DNA of 25,492 bases, from assembly GCA_051382335.1 (NCBI GenBank), contig JBBCAX010000069.1, positions 1-25,492 of the forward strand, given 5' to 3'. The notes under the pieces are model-generated. The model saw only the letters and a list, made by a program, of their open reading frames with translations. It was not told the DNA's origin and did no database searches. The position numbers were made by a program, and so were the translations under genes. Positions within the stretch are counted from its first letter, which is position 1. The number at the start of each line of letters is the position of its first letter. Positions 1 to 7,241 of the stretch are shown in pieces. Source of the DNA: Deltaproteobacteria bacterium TL4 (lineage in GTDB: Bacteria > SAR324 > NAC60-12).

Positions 1-2
1 AA

Positions 3-854
3 GGCGGATTAGGCCCCGGAGGCGTTGCGGGAACCGTGGGTGCCGCGGTGGTTGTGCTGGGCGTCCTCTCTGAGCAGGGAAAAGACGAGGGAGGCGATAG
101 CGGTGACAGTGGTTCCTCTGCGTCCTCAACCCCTCCCACAGGAAGCGTCTTAGCCGCAGTGGATGCTGATGGCATGGTTCACCTTTCAGGGGGAACGTTT
201 CAAATGGGAAGTACCACTGGAGACAGTGATGAAACCCCAGTACATAGCGTCACTTTGAGCAGTTTTTACATTTCAGAGGCAGAAGTAACCGCAGGGGAAT
301 ACAAAGCATGTGTTGATGCGGGAGGGTGTACCGCCGCGGGTTCAGGAAGTTATGCTACCTACAAGGTCTCCGGCCAGGAAAATAATCCTATTAATTATGT
401 GAGTTGGGATGACGCGCAAAGTTACATCACGTGGCTTAATCAAAGCTCAAGCAGGAGTTATCGTCTTTGTAGCGAAGCGGAGTGGGAGTATGCGGCAAGA
501 GCTGGGACGACGACGGCTTGGTCCTGCGGAGATAGTGAGTCCTGTTTGAGTAATGTCGCTTGGTATAGCGCAAATAATTCGCCTGATGGGACGAAAGCCG
601 TGAAAACCAAGACAGCAAATGCCTGGGGATTATATGACATGCATGGAAATGTTTGGGAATGGGTTAATGATTGGTATGGCTCTTATAGCAGCGGCAGTGT
701 AACGAATCCTACTGGTCCTGCTTCTGGCTCCAACCGTGTGGGTCGTGGCGGCGGCTTCGGCGACGACGGCGGCTTGCGGTCGGCCGATCGCAACTACGAT
801 TCGCCGGGCGGTCGCTACAGCATCCTCGGTTTCCGCCTGTGTTCCAGTTTGTGA
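3..854 (+). CDS. FGE-sulfatase (SUMF1/CLec-fold) domain protein, 5'-partial; candidate DGR target
   Basis: Motifs FQMGS, ETPVHSVTL, PINYVSWDDAQ, YRLCSEAEWEYAAR, NAWGLYDMHGNVWEW, RGG...RSADR...GFRL. The frame stays open back to position 3 (GGLGPGGVAGTVGAAVVVLGVL, hydrophobic, then a Gly/Ser linker), so the true start lies upstream of the window. Confidence 0.92.
   Translation, partial: GGLGPGGVAGTVGAAVVVLGVLSEQGKDEGGDSGDSGSSASSTPPTGSVLAAVDADGMVHLSGGTFQMGSTTGDSDETPVHSVTLSSFYISEAEVTAGEYKACVDAGGCTAAGSGSYATYKVSGQENNPINYVSWDDAQSYITWLNQSSSRSYRLCSEAEWEYAARAGTTTAWSCGDSESCLSNVAWYSANNSPDGTKAVKTKTANAWGLYDMHGNVWEWVNDWYGSYSSGSVTNPTGPASGSNRVGRGGGFGDDGGLRSADRNYDSPGGRYSILGFRLCSSL
729..839 (+). other. Putative DGR variable region (VR)
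   Basis: Abrupt GC-rich tail. None of the 41 codons from 729 to 851 ends in A, and non-conserved positions are NNC/NNT codons (ggt, ggc, gac, gac, gat, aac, tac, gat, ggt, tac, agc, atc), compatible with A-mutated AAY template codons. Confidence 0.6.
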
Positions 855-930
855 CCCTTGGCGCTTTTACCCTTTTACCCTTGGAAAAACAGGGACTTGA
901 AAAGGTTTTGATGAGCAGAACAGGTCAATA

Positions 931-1062
931 ATAGGTCTGACGCAGTTCAGACCTAATTAGACCTGATTTTAGGTCTAATGGTAGTAGGAGTCAAGAAGTG
1001 ACTGATTTAGGCCTGATTTAGGCCTGAAATTGTATAGAAATCAGGTCTATTTTCAGGCCTGA
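931..1062. repeat. Array of eight 10-bp pseudo-palindromes, consensus TYAGRYCTRA
   Basis: Copies at 931 ATAGGTCTGA, 947 TCAGACCTAA, 957 TTAGACCTGA, 969 TTAGGTCTAA, 1007 and 1018 TTAGGCCTGA, 1041 TCAGGTCTAT, 1053 TCAGGCCTGA. Confidence 0.8.
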
Positions 1063-1066
1063 TTTC

Positions 1067-1115
1067 AATACACGTGCATGAAATCAGGTTTGTAGTCCCG
1101 CCTTTAGGCGGAAAG
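1067..1115 (+). repeat. Left half of a GTAG-type REP/REPIN element (interrupted)
   Basis: AATACACGTGCATGAAATC...GTAGTCCCGCCTTTAGGCGGAAAG closely matches 5403-5451. Hairpin CCGCC-TTTA-GGCGG at 1098-1111. Confidence 0.8.
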
Positions 1116-1203
1116 GTGTGCCTGACATGGCACGAATCCAGGAGGTAGAAGTCCTCTCACCGCCCTGTTAGGAGGGAAGGTGTAGCCGAAACCAAGGGTG
1201 TCG
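1116..1203 (+). mobile_element. 5' fragment (domain I) of a group IIC intron
   Basis: Begins GTGTGCCTGACATGG (GUGYG 5' consensus), contains GGAGGTAGAAGTCCTC and TAGCCGAAACCAAGGGTGTC, which resemble IIC domain I as I recall it from the O. iheyensis intron (GUGUGCCCGGCAUGG...UAGCCUAACGCAAGGGUGUC). It lies 4 nt after a hairpin. No RT ORF or domain V follows. Confidence 0.72.
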
Positions 1204-1285
1204 GAAGAAACTCAACTATGGAATGAGAATTAAATAACTTTCCCATTTGCTCTGGCCCTTGATTTTACCGGGATTTCACGATGGA

Positions 1286-1342
1286 GTAGGAGTGCAAAAG
1301 CTTGCTTTTGCCCAACTCAGGTCCTTTCTGGCAAAAGCAAGC
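1286..1342. repeat. Truncated GTAG-type REPIN
   Basis: GTAG-GAGT-GCAAAAGC-TT-GCTTTTGC hairpin, plus a 13-bp inverted repeat GCTTGCTTTTGCC (1300-1312) / GGCAAAAGCAAGC (1330-1342). The right arm breaks off at 1342. Confidence 0.65.
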
Positions 1343-1675
1343 CCCAAAATCTATTATGAGGCTCTGGCAAAAGGCATCGAAAAAGGCCGAGAAGAAGGCA
1401 TCGAAAAAGGCCGAGAAGAAGGCATTGAAAAAGGCATTGAAAAAGGCATTGAAAAAGGCATTGAAAAAGGCATTGAAAAAGGCATTGAAAAAGGCATTGA
1501 AAAAGGCATTGAAAAAGGAGAAATTATTTTATTGGGTCGGCTATTACGGAAAAAGTTTGGAGATCAAGCATATGATTTATATCAAAGTCAACTCAATCAG
1601 TGTCGTTTAGAAGAAATTGAACTCTTGTTGGAACGTATTATCACCGCGACAAAAATCGAAGAGGTTTTCAATTAA
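1343..1675 (+). pseudogene. C-terminal fragment of an Rpn/YhgA-associated DUF4351-type protein
   Basis: IYYEALAKG(IEKG)n...LLGRLLRKKFG...LEEIELLLERIITATKIEEVF is a typical DUF4351-type tail. The N-terminus of the 1247 ORF runs through REP sequence, and no nuclease domain is present. Confidence 0.75.
1373..1516 (+). repeat. 12-bp coding tandem repeat (GIEK/GREE x12)
   Basis: GGCATTGAAAAA occurs as 8 perfect copies at 1421-1516, preceded by 4 variant units. Confidence 0.95.
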
Positions 1676-1723
1676 CTCGTCCAGGTAGCTCTCCGAGAAT
1701 ATAGTGCTCAAGATAAGTTTTGT

Positions 1724-1779
1724 CCTGGGAGCGAGGGCGTCCCGCCCTCCGGTGAGGGCAAGATGCCCTCGCTCCCAGG
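1724..1779. repeat. REP-like inverted repeat
   Basis: CCTGGGAGCGAGGGC...GCCCTCGCTCCCAGG 15-bp IR with internal GAGGGC/GCCCTC hairpins. Confidence 0.8.
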
Positions 1780-1809
1780 GAAAAAACTTTCCTGGACAGC
1801 TATACATAA

Positions 1810-1898
1810 GTAGGGTGCCGCTCAAGCGAAGCGAGCGCGCCAGAAAGCAGCGGTCTCCTTGTTTGTGGTGCGCTCGCTTCGCTTAAGCGGCACCCTAC
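1810..1898. repeat. GTAG-type REPIN
   Basis: GTAGGGTGCCGCTCAAGCGAAGCGAGCGCGCCA ... TGGTGCGCTCGCTTCGCTTAAGCGGCACCCTAC, a long near-perfect IR bounded by GTAG/CTAC. Confidence 0.85.
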
Positions 1899-1946
1899 AA
1901 CCCCTTCTCGGACAGCCTCCTGGGAAAATAGCTCGAAAATGTTACC

Positions 1947-2124
1947 CTAGGTGGCTGTCCGAGAACTCGTAGGGTGGGTTAGACAGAATCAAAGCGAAGT
2001 CGTAACCCACCAATTTTAATACGAAACGCCTCATTTTGCTCCAGAATACCTGGTTTTTGGTGGGTTACGCCTTGCGGCTAACCCACCCTACGGATTCACA
2101 TTCTATTCTCGGACAGCCTCCTGG
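1947..2124. mobile_element. MITE-like unit 2 enclosing a GTAG REPIN
   Basis: CTAGGTGGCTGTCCGAGAA (1947-1965) / TTCTCGGACAGCCTCCTGG (2106-2124), the same ends as unit 1. Confidence 0.6.
1969..2091. repeat. GTAG-type REPIN
   Basis: GTAGGGTGGGTTAG...CGTAACCCACCAA ... TTGGTGGGTTACG...CTAACCCACCCTAC. Confidence 0.85.
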
Positions 2125-2327
2125 TACGTTGTCTCGAACCGCTTCTAACGTCCCGTGTCGCAGTAGCGGACGAATAGTTTTTTTATTCACCACGGTTGGT
2201 ACCTTAGGAACAAGAATTAAATAACTTCCTCTTTTAACGCAGAGGGCGCAGAGGACACAGAGAAACGTAGAGGGAATTTTATAATTTTATTTAAAGGAAG
2301 ACTAACCACTCTCAGCAAGGAAGGATC

Positions 2328-5300
2328 ATGTTAGAATCTGTAAAACCCAAAAAAGCGATTCGACAAATCAAAAAACGAGTTCATGTTTTTCGAAAAGGAG
2401 CGAAGAATACCTTGGAATTGCTCCGAGAAGGACGTTTAGGTGCGCCTTATAAAGCCGCCTTTGCTGTGCTTTATGAAGATCCTGTTTTTAAATTACGTCG
2501 TTATCTTCCAGGTGACGCGCCTTCACATGAACCAGGAAAAACCATTTTACTTGTCCCTCCATTGATGGTTGCCTCGGAAATATATGATATCTCTCCTGAG
2601 TTGAGTGCGGTCAGTTGGTTGGTGGCCCAAGGTGTGGATGTGTGGTTGGTTGATTTCGGCGAGCCGAAATCGGAAAAATATGGATTACAACGGACTTTGG
2701 ATGATCATGTCGATGCGGTCAGTATCGCTGTTGATAAAGTGAGGGAACTCACAGGAGAAAAGGTCCACCTTGCCGGATATTCACAAGGCGGGATGTTTGC
2801 GTATCAATGTGCGGCTTACCGCGAAAGTGAAGGGTTGGCCTCTGTGATTACGTTTGGAAGTCCCGTCGACATTCATCGGAATATCCCTAACGTTAACGAC
2901 GATATTGCCGGTCGAATTGTTCATACCGCGGGTCGAGCTTTGACCAAACCTCTGGAACACTTTGAAGGCTTGCCAGGTTCGCTGACCAGTAAAGGTTTTA
3001 AAATGCTCAGCGCCTCGAAAGAAGTGAAGCAAATGCTGGGAATTTTCAAAATCCTTCATGACCGGGAAGCGTTAGAACAGAGGGAACGGCGAAGGCGTTT
3101 TCTGGCAGGCGAAGGTTTTGTCTCCTGGCCAGGGCCAGCGTTACATGAGTTTGTTCGGGAAATGGTCATCAACAACCGTATGCTATCCGGTGGCATTGTG
3201 ATTAAAGGGAAAACCATCTCACTTTCCGAGATCACCTGTCCTGTTCTTTACTTTGTCGGCAGCCGGGACGATTTTGGCCGTCCTCCTTCAGTCAGAGCCA
3301 TTAGAAACGCCGCTGTCAATGCGGATATTCATGAAGTTGAATTACATGCGGGGCATTTTGGTTTAGTGGTGGGTTCTAAATCGTTAAGAATTACCTGGCC
3401 TTCGGTTGTCACATGGATGGGATGGGTTAGCGGAAAGGGGGAATTGCCCGATTCTGCTCCGGAAAAAAGAGAGGAAAGAGAGGCAGACTCTAAAGAGGAT
3501 GGTAATTTAATAGCGCCTCTCTATGATTTTGCTACCGATATTCTGGATGGGTTATGGCACCGGTTAGGGGATGTCTCTCTCGAAGTTTCTGAAATGCTGG
3601 ATATTGTCCGATGGCAATTACCCCGAATGGCACAAATTCGTCAGTTGGAAAACTACACCCGCGTGAGCATCGGACGTATTTTACAGGAGCAAGCGGAGTC
3701 CATTCCCAAGGCCACCTTCTTTTTATGGAAAGGCAGCGCTTTTACCTACGCACAAGCAAATCAACGAGTGAATCAAATCCTTTCGGGGATTATTGCGTCT
3801 GATCTCAAACCAGGGGAACACGTTGGCATTTTCATGAGTAATCATCCCGATTATCTGACAACCGTGGCGGCCTTAAATCGCTTAAACGCGATTGCCGTTC
3901 TTTTAAACGCAGAAGCCAGAGGCGAATCCTTAAAACACGCCATAGAAGCGGGGAAGGTCCAAAATATCATTATCGACCCTAATCATATCGCAGCGATGCA
4001 AGACCTTGCCTTTGCGGGAAAATGCTGGGTTCTGGGCAAAAGCAGTGAGCCCCTTCCTTCCTTCATGGAAAGTTTGGACGATTCTATGGACAGTGAGGAT
4101 GAGGAACTTCTTAGTCGTTATCCCTTAAATTCAGGTATTGCGGAAGACGTGGCTTTATTGATTTTCACCTCAGGAACAACAGGACTTCCCAAGGCTGTTA
4201 AAATCACGAACCGTCGCTGGAGTATTGCCGCCTTGGCAACGGCCGCATCCGCCACTATCACCTCCAAAGATACGGTGTATTGCTGTCTTCCTCTCTATCA
4301 TTCAACAGGCATGTTGGTCGCGGTTGGAGGCGCTTTGGTAGGAGGGGCCCGGCTTGCGTTAGCACCCCGTTTTTCCACAACCACCTTCTGGAATGAAGTT
4401 CGTCGTTATGGAGTAACCATTGTGGGCTATGTTGGAGAAATGTGTCGGTATTTAATCAACATGCCCCCGAATGAACATGAAAAACAACATTCCATCCGCT
4501 TGTTTGCTGGCAGCGGAATGCAGAAACAGGTGTGGAAAATGCTCGTAGAACGCTTTGCCCCTGAACGGGTGATGGAGTTCTATGCGTCTTCTGAAGGAAA
4601 CGCGATTCTGGCCAATCTGAGTGGCGAGAAAATAGGCTCGGTGGGACAGCCCTTGAGTGATTCCAGCCATGTTGAATTGATCCGGTATGATATCAATGAA
4701 GATCAGATTGACTGGGATGACAAAGGAAAGCCGCAACGCTGTGATCCTGAGGAAACAGGCTTACTCATTGCCAAGATTGATGAAACGCATCCTTTAGGAT
4801 ATTTTGACGGTTATGCCGAAGAAAAAGACACCAACCAGAAAATCTTAAATAATTTATTCAAAAAGGGAGATGCCTGGTTTGTTACCGGAGACCTCTTAAA
4901 ACGTGACGCGGAGGGCGACTTTTGGTTTGTTGATCGTTTAGGCGATACCTTTCGTTGGAAAGGTGAAAATGTTTCCACACAGCAAGTCTCAGCCGTGATC
5001 AGTCAAGTGCCCTTTGTCGGAATTGCTAGTGTGTATGGCGTCACCATTCCAGGCCGAGAAGGCCGTGTGGGGGTTGTCGCGCTGGAACTCAAACCAGGAA
5101 CTGTTTTTGATGGCAATTTATTATTCCAACAGGTGGAAGAAAACCTTTCTCAAGCAGCCCGTCCCCGAGTGATTCGGATAGTCTCCCGGATTGAAACAAC
5201 AGGCACCTATAAGTTTATTAAATACTCACTTCAAAAGCAGGGGGTTGATCCAGAACAGACTGATGACGCACTCTATCTCTATGATCTTCGCACTAAAACT

Positions 5301-5345
5301 TACCGGTTGATGCACCTTGAAGATTATCCTGAGGCTATTGATTAG
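2328..5345 (+). CDS. Bifunctional PhaC-like alpha/beta hydrolase fused to a FATP-type long-chain acyl-CoA synthetase (Rv1683-like architecture)
   Basis: N-terminal part: LLVPPLM, GYSQGG nucleophile elbow, GSRDD, AGHFGLVVG. C-terminal part: IFTSGTTGLPK, LPLYHS, YVGEMCRYL, EFYASSEGN, TGDLL, DRLGDTFRWKGENVST. RBS AAGGAAGGA upstream. Confidence 0.9.
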   Translation: MLESVKPKKAIRQIKKRVHVFRKGAKNTLELLREGRLGAPYKAAFAVLYEDPVFKLRRYLPGDAPSHEPGKTILLVPPLMVASEIYDISPELSAVSWLVAQGVDVWLVDFGEPKSEKYGLQRTLDDHVDAVSIAVDKVRELTGEKVHLAGYSQGGMFAYQCAAYRESEGLASVITFGSPVDIHRNIPNVNDDIAGRIVHTAGRALTKPLEHFEGLPGSLTSKGFKMLSASKEVKQMLGIFKILHDREALEQRERRRRFLAGEGFVSWPGPALHEFVREMVINNRMLSGGIVIKGKTISLSEITCPVLYFVGSRDDFGRPPSVRAIRNAAVNADIHEVELHAGHFGLVVGSKSLRITWPSVVTWMGWVSGKGELPDSAPEKREEREADSKEDGNLIAPLYDFATDILDGLWHRLGDVSLEVSEMLDIVRWQLPRMAQIRQLENYTRVSIGRILQEQAESIPKATFFLWKGSAFTYAQANQRVNQILSGIIASDLKPGEHVGIFMSNHPDYLTTVAALNRLNAIAVLLNAEARGESLKHAIEAGKVQNIIIDPNHIAAMQDLAFAGKCWVLGKSSEPLPSFMESLDDSMDSEDEELLSRYPLNSGIAEDVALLIFTSGTTGLPKAVKITNRRWSIAALATAASATITSKDTVYCCLPLYHSTGMLVAVGGALVGGARLALAPRFSTTTFWNEVRRYGVTIVGYVGEMCRYLINMPPNEHEKQHSIRLFAGSGMQKQVWKMLVERFAPERVMEFYASSEGNAILANLSGEKIGSVGQPLSDSSHVELIRYDINEDQIDWDDKGKPQRCDPEETGLLIAKIDETHPLGYFDGYAEEKDTNQKILNNLFKKGDAWFVTGDLLKRDAEGDFWFVDRLGDTFRWKGENVSTQQVSAVISQVPFVGIASVYGVTIPGREGRVGVVALELKPGTVFDGNLLFQQVEENLSQAARPRVIRIVSRIETTGTYKFIKYSLQKQGVDPEQTDDALYLYDLRTKTYRLMHLEDYPEAID

Positions 5346-5423
5346 TTGGAACCGGCTTATTTAACTTTGATACGCTTCCACAAGCTCTCATGGCATTAGG
5401 GTAATACCCGTGCATGAAATCCT

Positions 5424-5488
5424 GTTCGTAGTTCCGCCTTTAGGCGGTAAGCCTTGCAGAAAAGCCGCCTAAAGACGGAACTACGAAC
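5424..5488. repeat. Intact GTAG-type REPIN (same family as 1067-1115)
   Basis: GTTCGTAGTTCCGCCTTTAGGCGG ... CCGCCTAAAGACGGAACTACGAAC. Confidence 0.85.
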
Positions 5489-5572
5489 TTTTCACAATGA
5501 CTTCAGAAAAACTCGCTATAATTTTATAAGTAGCTGTAATTAAAATACTTATTATTATTTTCCAAATTTCAT

Positions 5573-5823
5573 TCACGGATATTGGGCATTAGGGTACTGT
5601 CGCTCAGGATCATAATTATCAGCAAGGTCTTTTAGTGCGTTTTGTACACCATCTACAAGAGGATTATCGGCTATAGTCATCGTTTCGCCAATGTCCCTTC
5701 GACTTCGCTCAGGGAACGCACTCGGAGGCTGAGCGGAGTCGAAGCCGGATTTCAAAGATAGCTGCCTTTTGGCGAAACGATGACTATAGCCGGATTATCT
5801 TTGAAGAAATAGTTGTTTTCCAT
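5573..5823 (-). pseudogene. Small 45-aa ORF interrupted by a MITE
   Basis: Removing the 113-bp insertion (one CTATAG kept) gives MENNYFFKDNPAIADNPLVDGVQNALKDLADNYDPERQYPNAQYP*, with GAGGA 8 nt before the ATG. Confidence 0.5.
5671..5789. mobile_element. MITE with perfect terminal IRs and an internal hairpin repeat
   Basis: CTATAGTCATCGTTTCGCCAA (5671-5691) / TTGGCGAAACGATGACTATAG (5769-5789). Inside: CTTCGACTTCGCTCAG...CTGAGCGGAGTCGAAG. Confidence 0.8.
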
Positions 5824-5933
5824 GTCGTGAGTTCCTCAGCTTTTGGTTAGGGTCATTTTCTTGCATTATCTTTTCCGCCCATAAATAACTAATCTCCAGC
5901 CCTGGCCATTACTACTTAATCTGTTACGAACTC

Positions 5934-7235
5934 ATGCATTGTATGGAAACTTGCACCCTTCATATTAAGCGATTTTTTGTCCTCTTGATACTCCTTCAAT
6001 GCTGCCTTCCGTATGAAGTTTTTGCCCTGTTCTTTGAACGTCGTACGAAACCTGTAGACGGGGAAAATTCTTATTTTTTCTATCCTGTCGCTTACACCGT
6101 ACCTGGCTTCGGAGCTGGCGCCGGTCTGGGTTGGACGGCTACGGAAGTGTTGGGAGAGGGATCGGACATCACGTTGCTTCATGCTGAAGGAGATTGGGCC
6201 TTTGACTCCGCGATCCTTACAGACTTGCCTCTTTTTACTCAACACTTGACGTTCTCCGCTGTTTACGCGGATCTCTATGACGGAGGTGCCAATTTATACG
6301 AACGGGGACCTGACTCCAGTGAGGAGCCTGTTCTTAAACTAGAATTGGACCGTCTGCTTACACGGGCAGCGGAAGTCAGTCTCAACTTATTTGAGAGTCA
6401 ACTGGAATTATATTACGGCGTTGCCCTCAGTCTACCCCTGGTGAAACAACTGGATTTTGGGAACTCTGAGGATCCCGAAGCGACCGAAACCCGGATCTAT
6501 CAGTTTCTTTTATTTTTAGATTTGCAAAGGCTCTTTGTCACCCGCAAAGGCTTTTACCTTGATGATACTGATGATCGACGTGATCCTCATGTTGGATATC
6601 GATTTCAGTTCGAACAATATGGTTTTGAGCTTGAAGGAAACTGGAAAAGCTATCATGTAGATGATTATAGCCTGACGTTTTTCATTCCTAATGAAGACGA
6701 TTCCGCTGTATGGGTATTTAACGCGTTTTACTCGGAAGCGGTTGTAACCCAACCCGCCTCGCTTGAAGGGATTGATGAAAGCCGATGTCTGGAACAGAAT
6801 GAGGATTTAACAGAAGAACAACGACAGCAATGCTTAGTATTTATCCGGGCTTTTAACCGCTTTGTGAAGGAAGAAGGCAACACCGCGGACGCGACCAGTT
6901 TGGGGGGACTTCAACGATTGAGAAGCTATCCACAGGGACGATTCCACGATAGTTATTCAACATTTTTTGGAATTGAATATCGCTCATATTTTTTAGAAGG
7001 CTGGAATCCTTTTGATCTGTTTATTGAAAAAGGAGTTTTTAATGGACTTCAATTAGCGTTATTCCATGAAATGGGGCAAGTGGGACCTACCAATGATCAG
7101 ACCTTGTTCGAAAACATGAAAACTTCTACAGGTTTGGGTTTACGTTTTCTTTTCAGTTCTGTTGTGGTGCGTTTTGACTATGCTGACGGTGCTGAAGGAA
7201 GCCAGACCACCGCCTTTATTGGATACCCTTTTTAA
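5934..7235 (+). CDS. Omp85/BamA-TamA-like outer-membrane barrel without POTRA domains
   Basis: Signal-like N-terminus, amphipathic strands, LGGLQRLRSYPQGRF (loop-6 VRGF-like motif), GLGLRF, and C-terminal FIGYPF. The start could be 5943. Confidence 0.75.
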   Translation: MHCMETCTLHIKRFFVLLILLQCCLPYEVFALFFERRTKPVDGENSYFFYPVAYTVPGFGAGAGLGWTATEVLGEGSDITLLHAEGDWAFDSAILTDLPLFTQHLTFSAVYADLYDGGANLYERGPDSSEEPVLKLELDRLLTRAAEVSLNLFESQLELYYGVALSLPLVKQLDFGNSEDPEATETRIYQFLLFLDLQRLFVTRKGFYLDDTDDRRDPHVGYRFQFEQYGFELEGNWKSYHVDDYSLTFFIPNEDDSAVWVFNAFYSEAVVTQPASLEGIDESRCLEQNEDLTEEQRQQCLVFIRAFNRFVKEEGNTADATSLGGLQRLRSYPQGRFHDSYSTFFGIEYRSYFLEGWNPFDLFIEKGVFNGLQLALFHEMGQVGPTNDQTLFENMKTSTGLGLRFLFSSVVVRFDYADGAEGSQTTAFIGYPF

Positions 7236-7241
7236 GGGCGC

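Larger units (their letters stand above)
1681..1923. mobile_element. MITE-like unit 1 with imperfect terminal IRs enclosing two REPIN-like hairpins
   Basis: CCAGGTAGCTCTCCGAGAA (1681-1699) is an imperfect inverse of TTCTCGGACAGCCTCCTGG (1905-1923). Confidence 0.55.

Noticed and set aside
1373..1516. Tandem repeat as a CRISPR array
   Set aside because: Contiguous 12-bp coding units with no spacers and no cas genes.
1302..1610. ORF with KKAL repeats as a histone-like protein
   Set aside because: It is an alternative-frame reading of the GIEK repeat.
2142..2185. attC-like site starting TTCTAAC
   Set aside because: No matching GTTRRRY core with proper L boxes, and no integrase or cassette array.
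1607..2224. Short ORFs 1607-1825, 1704-1886 and 2036-2224
   Set aside because: They are translations of REP/MITE palindromes with no RBS or protein motifs.
855..2327. DGR template repeat or reverse transcriptase within the window
   Set aside because: By eye I found no AAC-rich copy of 729-839 and no RT (YxDD-type) ORF.
2328..3430. True PHA synthase (phaC)
   Set aside because: The nucleophile is Ser (GYSQGG) rather than Cys, the domain is fused to an acyl-CoA ligase, and there are no pha genes nearby.
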